Of a stretch of DNA of 59,354 nt, positions 29,071 through 41,101 are shown piece after piece. The notes below the pieces were generated by a model that was not told the DNA's origin, searched no databases, and saw only the letters and a program-made list of their open reading frames with translations. The stretch is taken from NCBI GenBank assembly GCA_964405075.1, contig CAYOMP010000001.1, forward strand, positions 1 through 59,354, written 5' to 3'. Every line of letters begins with the position of its first letter. Position 1 is the stretch's first letter. The position numbers were made by a program, and so were the translations under genes. This stretch comes from an uncultured Lachnospiraceae bacterium (GTDB taxonomy: Bacteria > Bacillota > Clostridia > Lachnospirales > Lachnospiraceae).

Positions 29071-30624
29071 ATGAATCAGGAAAACAAATCGGTTCAATTA
29101 AATCGTGCAAAAACATATCAGCTTGTTCTTTTTCCGTTTAACAACGGAGCAACAAATGTGTATTATATTTTGACTATGAACTTTATTGCATATTATGCAA
29201 ATGGAGTTTTAGGTCTTGCATTAATGTTTGCCACTACGATGGTTACAGCAATGCGACTTTTTGATGCATTTACAGATCCAATTATTGGTATGCTTATCGA
29301 TAAAACAGAATCAAAATTTGGTAAATTTCGTCCGTATATGGTTTTAGGAAATGGACTTATGGCACTATCAGCCATTTTACTGTATTTTGGAACAAGAATT
29401 ATATCTGCAGACATGATGTGGTTAAGATATACGCTTTTTGTAGTATTCTATGCACTTTATGTTATTGGATACACATTCCAGACTGCATGTACACGTTCAG
29501 GGCAGACATGTTTAACCAATGATCCAAAACAAAGACCTTTATTTACCATTTTTAATACAATAGCTAGTTTACTTGGAATGGGATTGGTACAGTTTTTAGC
29601 ACCAATTTTGGAAGGTAGATTAGGTGGATACAATAGTGCAAGCTTTTTTGATTTTATGATTCCATTAGCAATTATCGTATCGGCAGTTTTAACTATACTT
29701 GCGGTTATCGGTATTTGGGAAAAAGACAGACCGGAATTCTACGGAGTTGGTGGTAAACAGGAAAAAGTAAAAATTAAAGAATATATTGCAATTTTAAAAG
29801 CAAATAAAGAGTTACAACGCTTAATGATAGCAGGTGCCGGTACAAAACTAGCATTTTCTATTGCAACAAATATGACGGTATTATGTATGCTATATGGAGC
29901 AATGATGGGAAATTATAGTGGATTATATCTTCCAATGATGATTGTGGGATATGCATTTTCCGTTCCGTTTTTCTTATTAACAGTTCGTACTTCGCAAAAA
30001 CACGGACAGAAAGCTTCGTTAGTAAGATATACAACATTAGCATTAATCATGTATGTTGGAGTTCTTGTTCTCCTTCTTTTATGGAAACAGGGAAATCCGG
30101 CAACATTATTATCACTCTCAAATATCAATATATATACAATTCTTTTTGTTATATTTTTTGGTATTGGATATGGTGCATATTATGCAACGGCAGATATGCC
30201 AATTCCGATGGTAGCAGACTGTTCAGACTACGAAACATACCGCTCGGGAAAATATATTCCAGGTATTATGGGAACTTTATTTAGCTTAGTGGATAAATTA
30301 GTAAGTTCACTTGGTTCTACAATTGTAGGGGTGGCAGTAGCATGTATTGGAATTAAAACCTTGCCAGATTCTTCAACTCCATACGCACCAGGAATGAATT
30401 GGGTTGTTGTTGTACTGTTTTGTGTAGTACCAATGCTCGCATGGATTGCAACATTAGTTGCAATGAAAGGCTATAAGCTTACAGGTGCAAAAATGAAAGA
30501 AATACAGGCAGTTAACTTAGTTCGTAAGCAGGCTATTGCTGATGGAATGAGTATGGAAGAAGCTATGGAGAAATGGCAGAAACTTCAAGATGTTCCGGCA
30601 GAGTATTGCATGAATGATAAATAA
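29071..30624 (+). CDS. GPH/MFS-family glycoside symporter
   Basis: DAFTDPIIGMLIDKTESKFGKFRP motif. 12 TM segments plus a C-terminal soluble tail. Confidence 0.85.
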   Translation: MNQENKSVQLNRAKTYQLVLFPFNNGATNVYYILTMNFIAYYANGVLGLALMFATTMVTAMRLFDAFTDPIIGMLIDKTESKFGKFRPYMVLGNGLMALSAILLYFGTRIISADMMWLRYTLFVVFYALYVIGYTFQTACTRSGQTCLTNDPKQRPLFTIFNTIASLLGMGLVQFLAPILEGRLGGYNSASFFDFMIPLAIIVSAVLTILAVIGIWEKDRPEFYGVGGKQEKVKIKEYIAILKANKELQRLMIAGAGTKLAFSIATNMTVLCMLYGAMMGNYSGLYLPMMIVGYAFSVPFFLLTVRTSQKHGQKASLVRYTTLALIMYVGVLVLLLLWKQGNPATLLSLSNINIYTILFVIFFGIGYGAYYATADMPIPMVADCSDYETYRSGKYIPGIMGTLFSLVDKLVSSLGSTIVGVAVACIGIKTLPDSSTPYAPGMNWVVVVLFCVVPMLAWIATLVAMKGYKLTGAKMKEIQAVNLVRKQAIADGMSMEEAMEKWQKLQDVPAEYCMNDK

Positions 30625-30716
30625 AAACTTGAAAATAATGTATTTGTAGCAGATAGTATTGAAACAAGTTTAATTCGATAGTAAATGTGGTATACATGAT
30701 TTTTGTTATATGAAAG

Positions 30717-30747
30717 ACTTCATCACAGAAATGTGGTGGAGTTTTTT
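30717..30747 (+). terminator. rho-independent terminator
   Basis: 11-bp stem ACTTCATCACA/TGTGGTGGAGT (2 G-U pairs), GAAA loop, TTTTTT. Confidence 0.75.
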
Positions 30748-30868
30748 AGATTGAATTTACGTTTTTTAAATCTTAATGCGGGATAATTAATGTTATGATA
30801 TAATTTGGTTCATACATAAGTAATTATAATTTAAATGTTGACATATAAAGAAAAGGATGCTGTGACTG

Positions 30869-31540
30869 TTGAAAAATATATTGTTAATAGAAGATGATTT
30901 GTCATTATCAAATGGGATAAAGTTGGCTTTGGATAATTCAGAGTATAATGTTATGCAATGTTTTAGCATAAGCGAAGCAAGGCAAATAGATGTATTTAGC
31001 GTTACACTTATTATTTTGGATATAAATCTGCCAGATGGAAACGGATTAGAGTATTTAAAAGAACTTAGAAAAGAGCAGAATACACCGGTAATCATTTTGA
31101 CTGCCAATGATTTAGAAACAGATATTGTGACTGGATTAGAGCTTGGTGCAGATGATTATATTACAAAGCCTTTTAGCCTTGCTGTATTGAGAGCCAGAGT
31201 AAATGCAAGAATAAGAAATCTTGAAAATAAGTTAACTCCAGATTATAAGTCTGAAAGATTTGTGTTTGATTTTAAGGAAATGACATATTTGGTGTTAGAA
31301 AATCCAATTGAATTAAGTAAAACTGAGCAAAAGCTATTGCGCCTTTTGATTGAAAATAAAGGGATAACTTTAGAACGTAATTTGTTAATTGACCGCATAT
31401 GGACCAATGGTGCGGAGTATGTGGATGAAAATGCACTATCTGTTGTAATAAAACGTCTGAGAGATAAGTTAGAGGAAGTACCTACAAAGCCTCAATATAT
31501 AAAAACGGTATATGGTATTGGATATAGGTGGGAGGAGTAG
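30869..31540 (+). CDS. OmpR/PhoB-family response regulator
   Basis: Receiver domain (LIILDINLPDGNG) plus a winged-helix output (YIKTVYGIGYRW). TTG start, because an in-frame TGA at 30863 excludes upstream starts. Confidence 0.85.
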   Translation: MKNILLIEDDLSLSNGIKLALDNSEYNVMQCFSISEARQIDVFSVTLIILDINLPDGNGLEYLKELRKEQNTPVIILTANDLETDIVTGLELGADDYITKPFSLAVLRARVNARIRNLENKLTPDYKSERFVFDFKEMTYLVLENPIELSKTEQKLLRLLIENKGITLERNLLIDRIWTNGAEYVDENALSVVIKRLRDKLEEVPTKPQYIKTVYGIGYRWEE

Positions 31541-31543
31541 TAT

Positions 31544-32389
31544 ATGAATTTGTGGAGTGCTGACCGCATTATGAATCGTTTGAATGAAATGCTGGACCAC
31601 GCAATTGCGGGAGAACCAATAGAAGCGTCTTTTGACGAAACAAAAATGTCAGCCTTAGAGACAAAACTGGCAAAATATCTGATGATGAATCAACAGGGAA
31701 AGGCTCAGTTGCAAAAAGAGAAATCACGAATAGATGAACTTATATCAGATATATCCCACCAGACCAAAACACCCATTGCAAATCTTTTGCTGTATTCTGA
31801 ATTGCTGGAAGAGGAAATACATGATGAGAAAAGTAAGGAAATGATAAATGCAATTCATTTGCAGGCAGAGAAATTATCTTTTTTGACTCAGTCACTTGTT
31901 AAGGTTTCAAGACTTGAAAATGGAGTTATACAGACCGTTCCCAAGGAAGAAAGTATTAAAGAGTTAATAGAAAATGTTGTTTCTCAAGCTGAAGGAAAGG
32001 CTATGATAAAGGGGATTAATGTTGAACTTAAAGAAATAGAAGCAACGGCACTCTTTGATATGAAATGGACAAGCGAGGCACTATATAATATTTTGGATAA
32101 TGCCATTAAGTATACGAAAAAAGGTGGAAAAGTGGAAATAAATGTTAGTGAATATTCACTTTTTACTAGAATTGATGTAAAAGACAATGGCATTGGAATA
32201 TCAGGAGAGGATTTGCCTAAAATTTTTGGAAGATTTTATAAATGTAGTACTACTCAACAAGAGGAAGGAGTAGGTTTAGGCTTATATTTGGCAAGAGAAA
32301 TCATATCAGGTCAGGGCGGATACATAAAAGTTGATTCTAAGGTGGGTCAGGGAACAGTATTTTCAATCTTTTTAAGAAATGTTATGTAA
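31544..32389 (+). CDS. histidine kinase without transmembrane segments
   Basis: H-box ISDISHQTKTPIAN, N-box ILDNAIKYT, G-boxes DNGIGI / GVGLGLYLA. The 70-aa N-terminus is hydrophilic and coiled-coil-like. Confidence 0.85.
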   Translation: MNLWSADRIMNRLNEMLDHAIAGEPIEASFDETKMSALETKLAKYLMMNQQGKAQLQKEKSRIDELISDISHQTKTPIANLLLYSELLEEEIHDEKSKEMINAIHLQAEKLSFLTQSLVKVSRLENGVIQTVPKEESIKELIENVVSQAEGKAMIKGINVELKEIEATALFDMKWTSEALYNILDNAIKYTKKGGKVEINVSEYSLFTRIDVKDNGIGISGEDLPKIFGRFYKCSTTQQEEGVGLGLYLAREIISGQGGYIKVDSKVGQGTVFSIFLRNVM

Positions 32390-32452
32390 ATCTTTCAAAA
32401 CTGTAAGAATTTCTATTTGTTCAGAAAGATTCTGGAAAGAATGATGGTTTAT

Positions 32453-32491
32453 AGTCTGTATTGTAGAAATACGATGCAGACTGTTTTATTT
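32453..32491 (+). terminator. rho-independent terminator
   Basis: 13-bp stem AGTCTGTATTGTA/TACGATGCAGACT (with G-U pairs), GAAA loop, then GTTTTATTT. Confidence 0.7.
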
Positions 32492-32532
32492 ACACGAGCA
32501 AAGCGAAACTCGCAGAACGTGTTTCTTATAGT
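32492..32532 (+). promoter_or_regulatory. GC-rich inverted-repeat element at the -35 position plus TATAGT -10 of the ABC operon
   Basis: ACACG-AGCAAAGCGAAACTCGCAGAA-CGTGT (32492-32522) sits 4 nt upstream of TATAGT (32527-32532). There is no TTGACA-like -35. Confidence 0.3.
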
Positions 32533-32558
32533 ATGACGTGAATATTGGAGGAAATATT

Positions 32559-33236
32559 ATGGTTATTCTTGAAACAAAAAATCTTCATAAGAATTATGGG
32601 AGTGGAGATACGCTGGTAAAAGCGTTAGATAATGTTAATTTACAGATTAAAAATGGTGAATTTGTAGCAATTGTAGGGACATCTGGTAGTGGAAAGTCCA
32701 CGTTACTACATATGCTTGGTGGCTTAGACAGACCAACGGCGGGAGAGGTTTATGTGGATGGAAAGAATATTTTTTCGTTAAAAGATGAGGAACTGACCAT
32801 ATTTAGGAGGAGAAAAATTGGATTTATTTTTCAACAGTACAATTTGATTCCAACAATGAATGTATATGAAAACATAGTACTTCCTATTGGGTTAGATGGA
32901 AATCAACCTGATGAACCATATGTCAGAAGGATTATTGAAACATTGGGGCTGGAAAATAAATTATCTAATCTTTCCACTAATTTATCAGGTGGTCAGCAGC
33001 AGAGGGTGGCGATAGCCAGAGCTTTAGCTAGTAAACCGGCTATTATTCTGGCAGATGAGCCTACTGGAAATCTGGACAGTAGAACAAGTCAAGACGTATT
33101 GGGACTATTAAAGGTTACCGGAGAGCAATTTAAGCAGACAATGGTTATGATTACTCATAATGAAGAAATAGCACAGATGGCAGATAGAATTGTTCGAATT
33201 GAGGACGGAAAGATTGTAGGTGCTGCTAATGATTAA
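32559..33236 (+). CDS. ABC transporter ATP-binding protein (MacB/LolD-type)
   Basis: Walker A GTSGSGKST, signature LSGGQQQR, Walker B ILADEPTGNLD. The GGAGG at 32546 favours ATG 32559. Confidence 0.9.
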   Translation: MVILETKNLHKNYGSGDTLVKALDNVNLQIKNGEFVAIVGTSGSGKSTLLHMLGGLDRPTAGEVYVDGKNIFSLKDEELTIFRRRKIGFIFQQYNLIPTMNVYENIVLPIGLDGNQPDEPYVRRIIETLGLENKLSNLSTNLSGGQQQRVAIARALASKPAIILADEPTGNLDSRTSQDVLGLLKVTGEQFKQTMVMITHNEEIAQMADRIVRIEDGKIVGAAND

Positions 33237-35745
33237 AGTAGATAATAAAAAGACCATTAAACATGTGGCAGACACTTCGTTTAAAGCAGAGAAAATGAGA
33301 AATTTATTTGCTATAATAGCGATTATTCTTACTACAGTACTGTTTTGTGGCTTGTTTACTATTGCAAGCAGTCTGCTGACATCTATAGAAGAAAGCACTA
33401 TGCGTCAAGTCGGTGGAAATTCTCATGGGGGATTCAAATATCTTACCAAAGAGCAATATGAAAAATTGAGAAACCATCCGGATATTAAGGAAATATCATA
33501 TTCTGTAGTGTTAGCATTAGCAGAAAATCCAGAACTTAGTAAAAGACAAACAGAAATTAGGTATGCAAATGATGAATTAGAGGCCAAGATGATGTTTTCT
33601 ATGCCAACAACAGGAGGATTACCAGAAGCAAAGGATGAAATTGCAACAGATACGTTGGTTTTGGAAAAACTGGGTGTCCCTGCGAGACTGGGTGAAACGG
33701 TGACGCTAAAATACTCTGTATGCGGTGAGGAATATACGGAGAGTTTTACTTTGGTAGGATTTTGGGAAGGCGACATCATTATGAATGCAAGCCAGATATG
33801 GCTAAGTAAGGAATATGTGGAAGGAATATTAAGCAGTAATGATTTAAGTAAGACAGAAGAGATGATAGGTTCTATCAATGCGGATGTTAATTTTGGTAAT
33901 TCATGGAACATTGAGTCTAAACTGATAAAGGTAATTACAGAGAGTGGATATGATGTTGAGGATGTTAGTTATGGGGTAAATTGGGCATATACCGGAGGAA
34001 AATCTTCGTTAGATATGGGGACTATTCTGGGTGTTTCGATGGTAGTGCTGATAATCATTTTCTGTGGGTATCTAATGATTTCAAATGTATTTCTAATCAG
34101 TGTAACAAAGGATGTACATTTTTATGGATTATTAAAAACGGTCGGTACTACAGGAAAGCAGATTAAAGTATTGATTAGAAGGCAAGCAATGAGAATCTGT
34201 CTGATTGGTATTCCAATAGGATTGATATTGGGAAGCATTGTAGGAGGTATACTTACTCCTTTTGTGTTGGGAATTTTGAATACGAATGTTGTCAAAGTAT
34301 CAATTCATTTGTGGGTATTTATATTTGCAGCAGTATTTGCATTGGCTACTGTGTTTATCAGTATACAAAAAGCAGTAAAATTGGCAGCGAAAGTAAGTCC
34401 TGTCGAGGCACTACGAATAACGGACGTTACTGGTGCCCCAAAAAAGAAAAATAAACTTGGCACAAAGATTAGCATATGGAAAATGGCAGGAGAAAACGTT
34501 GGAAGAAATCGCAAAAAAGCCATTCTGGTGACTATTTCATTATCCCTTAGTTTAATTATATTAAATGGTGCATATACTATGGCAGGCAGCTTTGATATGG
34601 ATAAATACTTAAGCAGAATGATTAGCCACGATTTTGTGCTAGGAGATGTTTCATGGTTTAACACATATTCGGAATATAAGAATCAGAATACCCTAAGTAA
34701 TAGTTTATTAGAAGAACTTTCTAATCATAGAGGGATAGAGTCATTGGAAAAGGTGTATTTTTCTGAAAGAAACTGTAAATTAGACGAACATTGGGATAAT
34801 ATGGCGGAACGTGCAAATACAGAACTTGGTGTAAGTGGTTCATGGTTGGAACATATGAAAGAGGAGATAGAGCAGGGTGAAGCTGTATATCATGTTTATG
34901 GGATAGATGATGAAACATGGGCTGACTTTCAAGTATGGAAGGGAGAAATTAATCTGGAAAAACTCCATAGTGGAGATTATGTAGTGGTAAGCCCTTATGA
35001 TAACGAGGGGAGATTAAGTGCATATGAAGTAGGAGATATGATTGATGTATTCAGTATAGAGGGAGAGAGTAGAAAATGTGAGATAATTGCAATTGCAAGT
35101 ATTCCTTACAATATTAGCATTCAGCATTCACATCCTGTTGATATTAATATTTTTATACCTTCGGATGTTTTTTTAGAAAAAGTAGAGCTAAAATGTCCTA
35201 TGTTGGTTACATTAGATGTTGAAGAATCTGAGATTGAGGGAATTGAGCATTTCCTTGCAGAATATTGTGAGACGCAGGATGCTAATATGCAATATTCTTC
35301 CAGAGCCATTTATGCGGCTGAGTATGAAGCTATCCAAAGGACATATAAGCTTATAGGAACAGTTGTAAGTGTTCTATTAGCTTTGATTGGTATTGCAAAT
35401 CTTGCCAATACAAGTATTACATCTATTATGGCCAGAAAGAGAGAACTTGCTGTGCTTGAAAGTATTGGAATGACTGTAAAACAGCAAAGAATTATGCTTG
35501 TTTTGGAAGGGGTTATTTATATGATACTGACCTTTGGATTTACATGGACAGTAGGTGTATTACTTGGAAAATATGGGTTATTGTTTATGCTTGGAGGAAG
35601 TGAGTACTATACAATAAACTTTACAATTATTCCATCTATAATATGTATGCCGATTTTTGTGTTTATCGCTATTATGATACCTGTATTAAGTCAAAAGTAT
35701 GTGAACAGTGAAAGTGTAGTAGAGCGGTTAAGAATGGCAGAATGA
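33229..35745 (+). CDS. FtsX/MacB-type ABC permease, duplicated (2 x [TM + large extracytoplasmic domain + 3 TM])
   Basis: About 838 aa. Two FtsX-like 3-TM bundles, each preceded by a soluble loop of about 200-260 aa. Start overlaps the ATPase stop (ATGATTAA). Confidence 0.85.
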   Translation: MIKVDNKKTIKHVADTSFKAEKMRNLFAIIAIILTTVLFCGLFTIASSLLTSIEESTMRQVGGNSHGGFKYLTKEQYEKLRNHPDIKEISYSVVLALAENPELSKRQTEIRYANDELEAKMMFSMPTTGGLPEAKDEIATDTLVLEKLGVPARLGETVTLKYSVCGEEYTESFTLVGFWEGDIIMNASQIWLSKEYVEGILSSNDLSKTEEMIGSINADVNFGNSWNIESKLIKVITESGYDVEDVSYGVNWAYTGGKSSLDMGTILGVSMVVLIIIFCGYLMISNVFLISVTKDVHFYGLLKTVGTTGKQIKVLIRRQAMRICLIGIPIGLILGSIVGGILTPFVLGILNTNVVKVSIHLWVFIFAAVFALATVFISIQKAVKLAAKVSPVEALRITDVTGAPKKKNKLGTKISIWKMAGENVGRNRKKAILVTISLSLSLIILNGAYTMAGSFDMDKYLSRMISHDFVLGDVSWFNTYSEYKNQNTLSNSLLEELSNHRGIESLEKVYFSERNCKLDEHWDNMAERANTELGVSGSWLEHMKEEIEQGEAVYHVYGIDDETWADFQVWKGEINLEKLHSGDYVVVSPYDNEGRLSAYEVGDMIDVFSIEGESRKCEIIAIASIPYNISIQHSHPVDINIFIPSDVFLEKVELKCPMLVTLDVEESEIEGIEHFLAEYCETQDANMQYSSRAIYAAEYEAIQRTYKLIGTVVSVLLALIGIANLANTSITSIMARKRELAVLESIGMTVKQQRIMLVLEGVIYMILTFGFTWTVGVLLGKYGLLFMLGGSEYYTINFTIIPSIICMPIFVFIAIMIPVLSQKYVNSESVVERLRMAE

Positions 35746-35791
35746 TGTTTTGGGGACTAGAATGGTAAAGGGAGATTAAAGCAATAATAAA

Positions 35792-35816
35792 CCTCCAAAG
35801 CCAAAAGACTTGGAGG
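35792..35816. terminator. hairpin between convergent genes
   Basis: CCTCCAA...TTGGAGG core stem, flanked by further imperfect AT pairing. Confidence 0.5.
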
Positions 35817-35846
35817 CTCATTATTGTATATTTTTAAAATTTATGA

Positions 35847-36332
35847 TTAACTGTTGGCATCATATATAATTCCACAACCGATTCTAATACCTGAGTTTCC
35901 GGCAGGCTGGCTCATAAAATCATCTGGCATTGCATGAATAATAACAGATTTTCCAAGGATTTCATTTATTGTGAATCGTTTATCATAAAATGAAAGCCAT
36001 GCATACCCCTGATTGCCAAGGAGAGGAATCAAATCACCTGAATGCATTGGGTGAGGCTGATTTGAAGGATTATAATGTGCACCTGCGGATTCAAACCTAT
36101 CGGAACAGGTTCCTTGTTCATGGATATGCATTCCATAATAGTTGGTAGAGCCTGGAGTTGAAATATTTGGGAGATTGAATACTTCTGCTTCTACCAGAAC
36201 TCCCATGTAAGGAGTTTGATAGAATTTAACCAGTCCGCTTAAATCTGGTGCAGATTTATTCCCTGTTACCCAAGCAACGGCCTGTGGATTATCATTTGCA
36301 AGTAATCTTATAAAAGTAGAACGTGGTGTCAT
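35847..36332 (-). CDS. Cu/Zn superoxide dismutase-family protein without a signal peptide
   Basis: Full metal-ligand pattern: MHIHEQGTC, GAHYNP, PHPMHSGDL, IIHAMPDD, GIRIGCGII. Confidence 0.8.
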   Translation of the reverse strand: MTPRSTFIRLLANDNPQAVAWVTGNKSAPDLSGLVKFYQTPYMGVLVEAEVFNLPNISTPGSTNYYGMHIHEQGTCSDRFESAGAHYNPSNQPHPMHSGDLIPLLGNQGYAWLSFYDKRFTINEILGKSVIIHAMPDDFMSQPAGNSGIRIGCGIIYDANS

Positions 36333-36399
36333 AAATTTATAAAACCCTTTTTTTATTAATATATGCGTTGGTAGTTATAAGGACACTAATTAACTTATT

Positions 36400-37359
36400 T
36401 TATGAAAGTTCAAATTTGAACACAGGTCGTTCATTTTCCCATTTAACCTTCATGAGCATAGCATGGCGATTAGGATTATATAAAGGATCGCCAATAATTT
36501 CGGTTTCATTTCGGGCATGGAATACTAAAATATCATTCCCCTCTTCATCTGTAGTAAATGAATTATGCCCAGGCCCATATATTCCTTTTGAATCATCACT
36601 TTTAAGCACAGGATAGCGTTCTTTTATCCAAATACGCGGATCAAGCAAATCAGCATTTTCATCTGCTGTAAGCATTCCCATACAGTAATTTACACCTGTA
36701 TCGCTGGCAGAGTATGTAAGGAATATTTTGCCGTTTCGCTTTATTACGGCAGGTCCCTCATTTACCCAGAATCCACGACGTTCCCAATCGTAATCGGGAG
36801 TGGTAAGAAGTACCTGTGGGGTTTCTAATTTGTTGGCAGTCAGCATTCTTGCAATGTACAGATTTGATATTTGTCTGCCAACGCCTGTTTTTTCAGCCCA
36901 TACATAGTAATAAGAGCCTTTGTTTTCAAATATTGTGGCGTCAAGAGAAAAGGACTCAAATGAAAATGGGTCATTATCGGATCTTTGCATTTTGCCAAGC
37001 TCCGTCCATTGGTCTGTTAAAGGATTGTCACCTTGGCATTCCAGCACATAAGGTCTTATTTTCCATATATCATCCTTTTCGCCTGCGGCAAAGTAAATGT
37101 ACCATTTGCCAAACAGATAGTGAAGTTCAGGAGCCCATATGTGTTTACTCATAGGACCTGATTCGTGTTTATGCCATACAGTAACTTCATCGGCGGCAGC
37201 AAGTTCTGCCAGTGTATTTGATTTTCGAAGAATAATGCGGTCGTATTCAGGGACGCTTGCAGTAAAATAATAGCTTCCCTGACAATCCTTATATACATAA
37301 GGGTCAGCTCTTTGAGAAATCCATACTTTGTTATATTTTAATTCTTTATTTTTGTTCAT
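36400..37359 (-). CDS. GH43 arabinofuranosidase/arabinanase-like enzyme
   Basis: RADPYVYKD...YYFTAS, WAPELHYLFGKWYIYF and NEGPAVIKRNGKIFLTYS are GH43 five-bladed propeller motifs. Confidence 0.85.
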   Translation of the reverse strand: MNKNKELKYNKVWISQRADPYVYKDCQGSYYFTASVPEYDRIILRKSNTLAELAAADEVTVWHKHESGPMSKHIWAPELHYLFGKWYIYFAAGEKDDIWKIRPYVLECQGDNPLTDQWTELGKMQRSDNDPFSFESFSLDATIFENKGSYYYVWAEKTGVGRQISNLYIARMLTANKLETPQVLLTTPDYDWERRGFWVNEGPAVIKRNGKIFLTYSASDTGVNYCMGMLTADENADLLDPRIWIKERYPVLKSDDSKGIYGPGHNSFTTDEEGNDILVFHARNETEIIGDPLYNPNRHAMLMKVKWENERPVFKFELS

Positions 37360-37395
37360 ATATCCTCCATTCTGCCTGTGTTTTTAAGATAAGTA

Positions 37396-38901
37396 TCAGG
37401 CTTTTACTTCCATATGAATTACCGCACATGGAGGCATTGTAATATGGATACAGCCTTTTTCATCAACGGTATAAGAAGTAAATTCTTCTTCTTTTACTTT
37501 ATAAGGTTCTTTAAATGTGTTGTGGGCATTCATCTGTCCTTTTAAAATGCCTGCATTGATTTCTTCAGCTTTTTTCTCGGAAAATAGAATAACAATATTT
37601 TTAATTTCACTTAATGATAAGTTTCCAAGAGTAATATGAATATTTCCATTTGAATCCATTGAAACTGATTCACTTATATCGGAAACCTTGTATTCCTTTG
37701 TACCTATTTCCTTTGTTTCCATATAGCTTTCCAAAAGTTCGGCATTTTGGTGGTGCTTATACATACGGAATATGTAGTAGGTAGGAGTTAAAATCATTTT
37801 TTCTCCTTCAGTGAGAATAACTGACTGTAGTACATTAATCATTTGAGCTATGTTTGCCATTTTCACGCGGTCACAGTGTTTGTTGAAAATATTAAGGGAT
37901 ACACATGCAACTAAAGCATCACGCATAGTATTTTGCTGATATAAAAATCCCGGATTGGTTCCAGGTTCAACATCAAACCAGCAGCCCCATTCATCAACAA
38001 TCATGCCGATTTTCTTATCAGGGTCAAATTTATCCATGATTTCGCCATGCTTTTTAATAAGCTCTTCAATAAAGAAGGCTTTGTACATTGTCTGATACCA
38101 TTCTTCTTCGCTAAACTGTGTTGCACTTCCTTTGTTATCCCAGCCGCCCGGGTGAACGTAATAGTGGAGGGATAAGCCGTCCATAAAGCCGTGCAGATGT
38201 TTAGGAGAGTGGTCATGGGTAACGGAAAGCACCTGATTAGTCCAATGATAATCATCTACATTTGCGCCACCGCATATTTTGAAAATCGGAGCCTCGGTGT
38301 TGTAGTTTCTGACATAAGTCTGGTAGCGTCTGTAGAGATTAGCGTAATATTCAGGAGTCATATTTCCGCCACAACCCCAGTTTTCATTTCCTACACCGAA
38401 GTAGTCAAGTCTCCAAGGCTTTTCTCTGCCGTTTTTCTTTCTAAGGTCTGCCATAGGAGAAACTCCGTCAAATGTTATGTACTCAACCCATTCAGACATT
38501 TCCTGCACAGTACCGCTTCCTACATTTCCATTAACATATGTTTTACAGCCAAGCTGTTCGCAAAGCTCAAAAAATTCATGTGTTCCAAAACTGTTGTCCT
38601 CAACTACACCTCCCCAGTGTGTGTTTATCATTTTCTTTCTTGTTTCCTTAGGTCCTATTCCATCTTTCCAATGGTATTCATCAGCAAAACAGCCTCCAGG
38701 CCATCTTAAAACGGGAATATGCAGTTCCTTTAATGCGTTTACTACATCTGTACGCATTCCATTTATGTTTGGAATATCGGAATCCTCCCCAACATAAAGC
38801 CCCCCGTAAATGCATCTTCCCAAATGCTCTGCAAAGTGTCCATAGAGTTCTTCGTTAATTATGCCAAGCTTTTTGTTTTCGTTAATAACTAATTTAGACA
38901 T
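37396..38901 (-). CDS. alpha-L-arabinofuranosidase (GH51), paralog 1
   Basis: [46 protein letters not shown] spacing favours the second ATG (38901). Confidence 0.9.
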   Translation of the reverse strand: MSKLVINENKKLGIINEELYGHFAEHLGRCIYGGLYVGEDSDIPNINGMRTDVVNALKELHIPVLRWPGGCFADEYHWKDGIGPKETRKKMINTHWGGVVEDNSFGTHEFFELCEQLGCKTYVNGNVGSGTVQEMSEWVEYITFDGVSPMADLRKKNGREKPWRLDYFGVGNENWGCGGNMTPEYYANLYRRYQTYVRNYNTEAPIFKICGGANVDDYHWTNQVLSVTHDHSPKHLHGFMDGLSLHYYVHPGGWDNKGSATQFSEEEWYQTMYKAFFIEELIKKHGEIMDKFDPDKKIGMIVDEWGCWFDVEPGTNPGFLYQQNTMRDALVACVSLNIFNKHCDRVKMANIAQMINVLQSVILTEGEKMILTPTYYIFRMYKHHQNAELLESYMETKEIGTKEYKVSDISESVSMDSNGNIHITLGNLSLSEIKNIVILFSEKKAEEINAGILKGQMNAHNTFKEPYKVKEEEFTSYTVDEKGCIHITMPPCAVIHMEVKA

Positions 38902-39069
38902 ACGCATCTCCTTTTATGAAAATAATTTAATAATTTGTAAATTAATTTAGCTTTGGTTAAATTTTAACATTATAAACACATCATTTGCAAGTGATTAAAA
39001 TTAAAAAAGCAAAATTAATTCATAAAAATTATAAAAACTAAAATATTTTAACAAATTACTAAAATACTA

Positions 39070-39098
39070 TTGACAAGTAAAATATGGTATTGTACATT
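39070..39098 (+). promoter_or_regulatory. sigma-A-like promoter
   Basis: TTGACA (39070-39075), 17-nt spacer ending in TG, TACATT (39093-39098). Confidence 0.5.
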
Positions 39099-39191
39099 AA
39101 TCGCGTAAAATGTTGCAGAAAGAAAAATGTACAATGGAAAGGGCAAGGAAAGAAAGATATACACATAAGCTCAAAGAGCAAAGAAATATGT

Positions 39192-41010
<1,819 letters not shown>

Positions 41011-41036
41011 TAAAAAGTAAATATGTAGATTTAGTG

Positions 41037-41101
41037 ATTAACAATCCCCTGTGACGGTTTGTAACGTCTGACAGGGGATTGTTAATATTTAACGTTTTTT
41101 T
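41037..41101 (+). repeat. hairpin repeat element, copy 1 (also the likely terminator of GH51)
   Basis: Arms ATTAACAATCCCCTGT(GACG)/(CGTC)TGACAGGGGATTGTTAAT, then the tail ATTTAACGTTTTTTT. The core AATCCCCTGTGACG is shared with 44222-44255, and the tail with 45309-45337. Confidence 0.7.

Noticed and set aside
32503-32515. Shared motif GAAACTCGCA(G/A)A at 32503 and 49106, with a looser CAAACTCG at about 59195, as a possible dispersed repeat family.
   Set aside because: There are only two good copies of about 12 nt, found by eye. Chance recurrence cannot be excluded without a genome-wide count.
33423-33911. Long antisense ORFs inside large genes: 33423..33911, 41823..42326, 38191..38709, 17909..18280, 34305..34664 and similar entries in the ORF track.
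   Set aside because: Each lies entirely inside a gene with strong family motifs on the other strand or frame. Their translations are low-complexity (Ser/Leu/Ile/Phe-rich) with no RBS or motif. They are typical shadow ORFs of AT-rich coding DNA.
36368-36616. 82-aa plus-strand ORF at the GH43 3' end.
   Set aside because: It is fully antisense to the GH43 coding sequence and has no motif or RBS.
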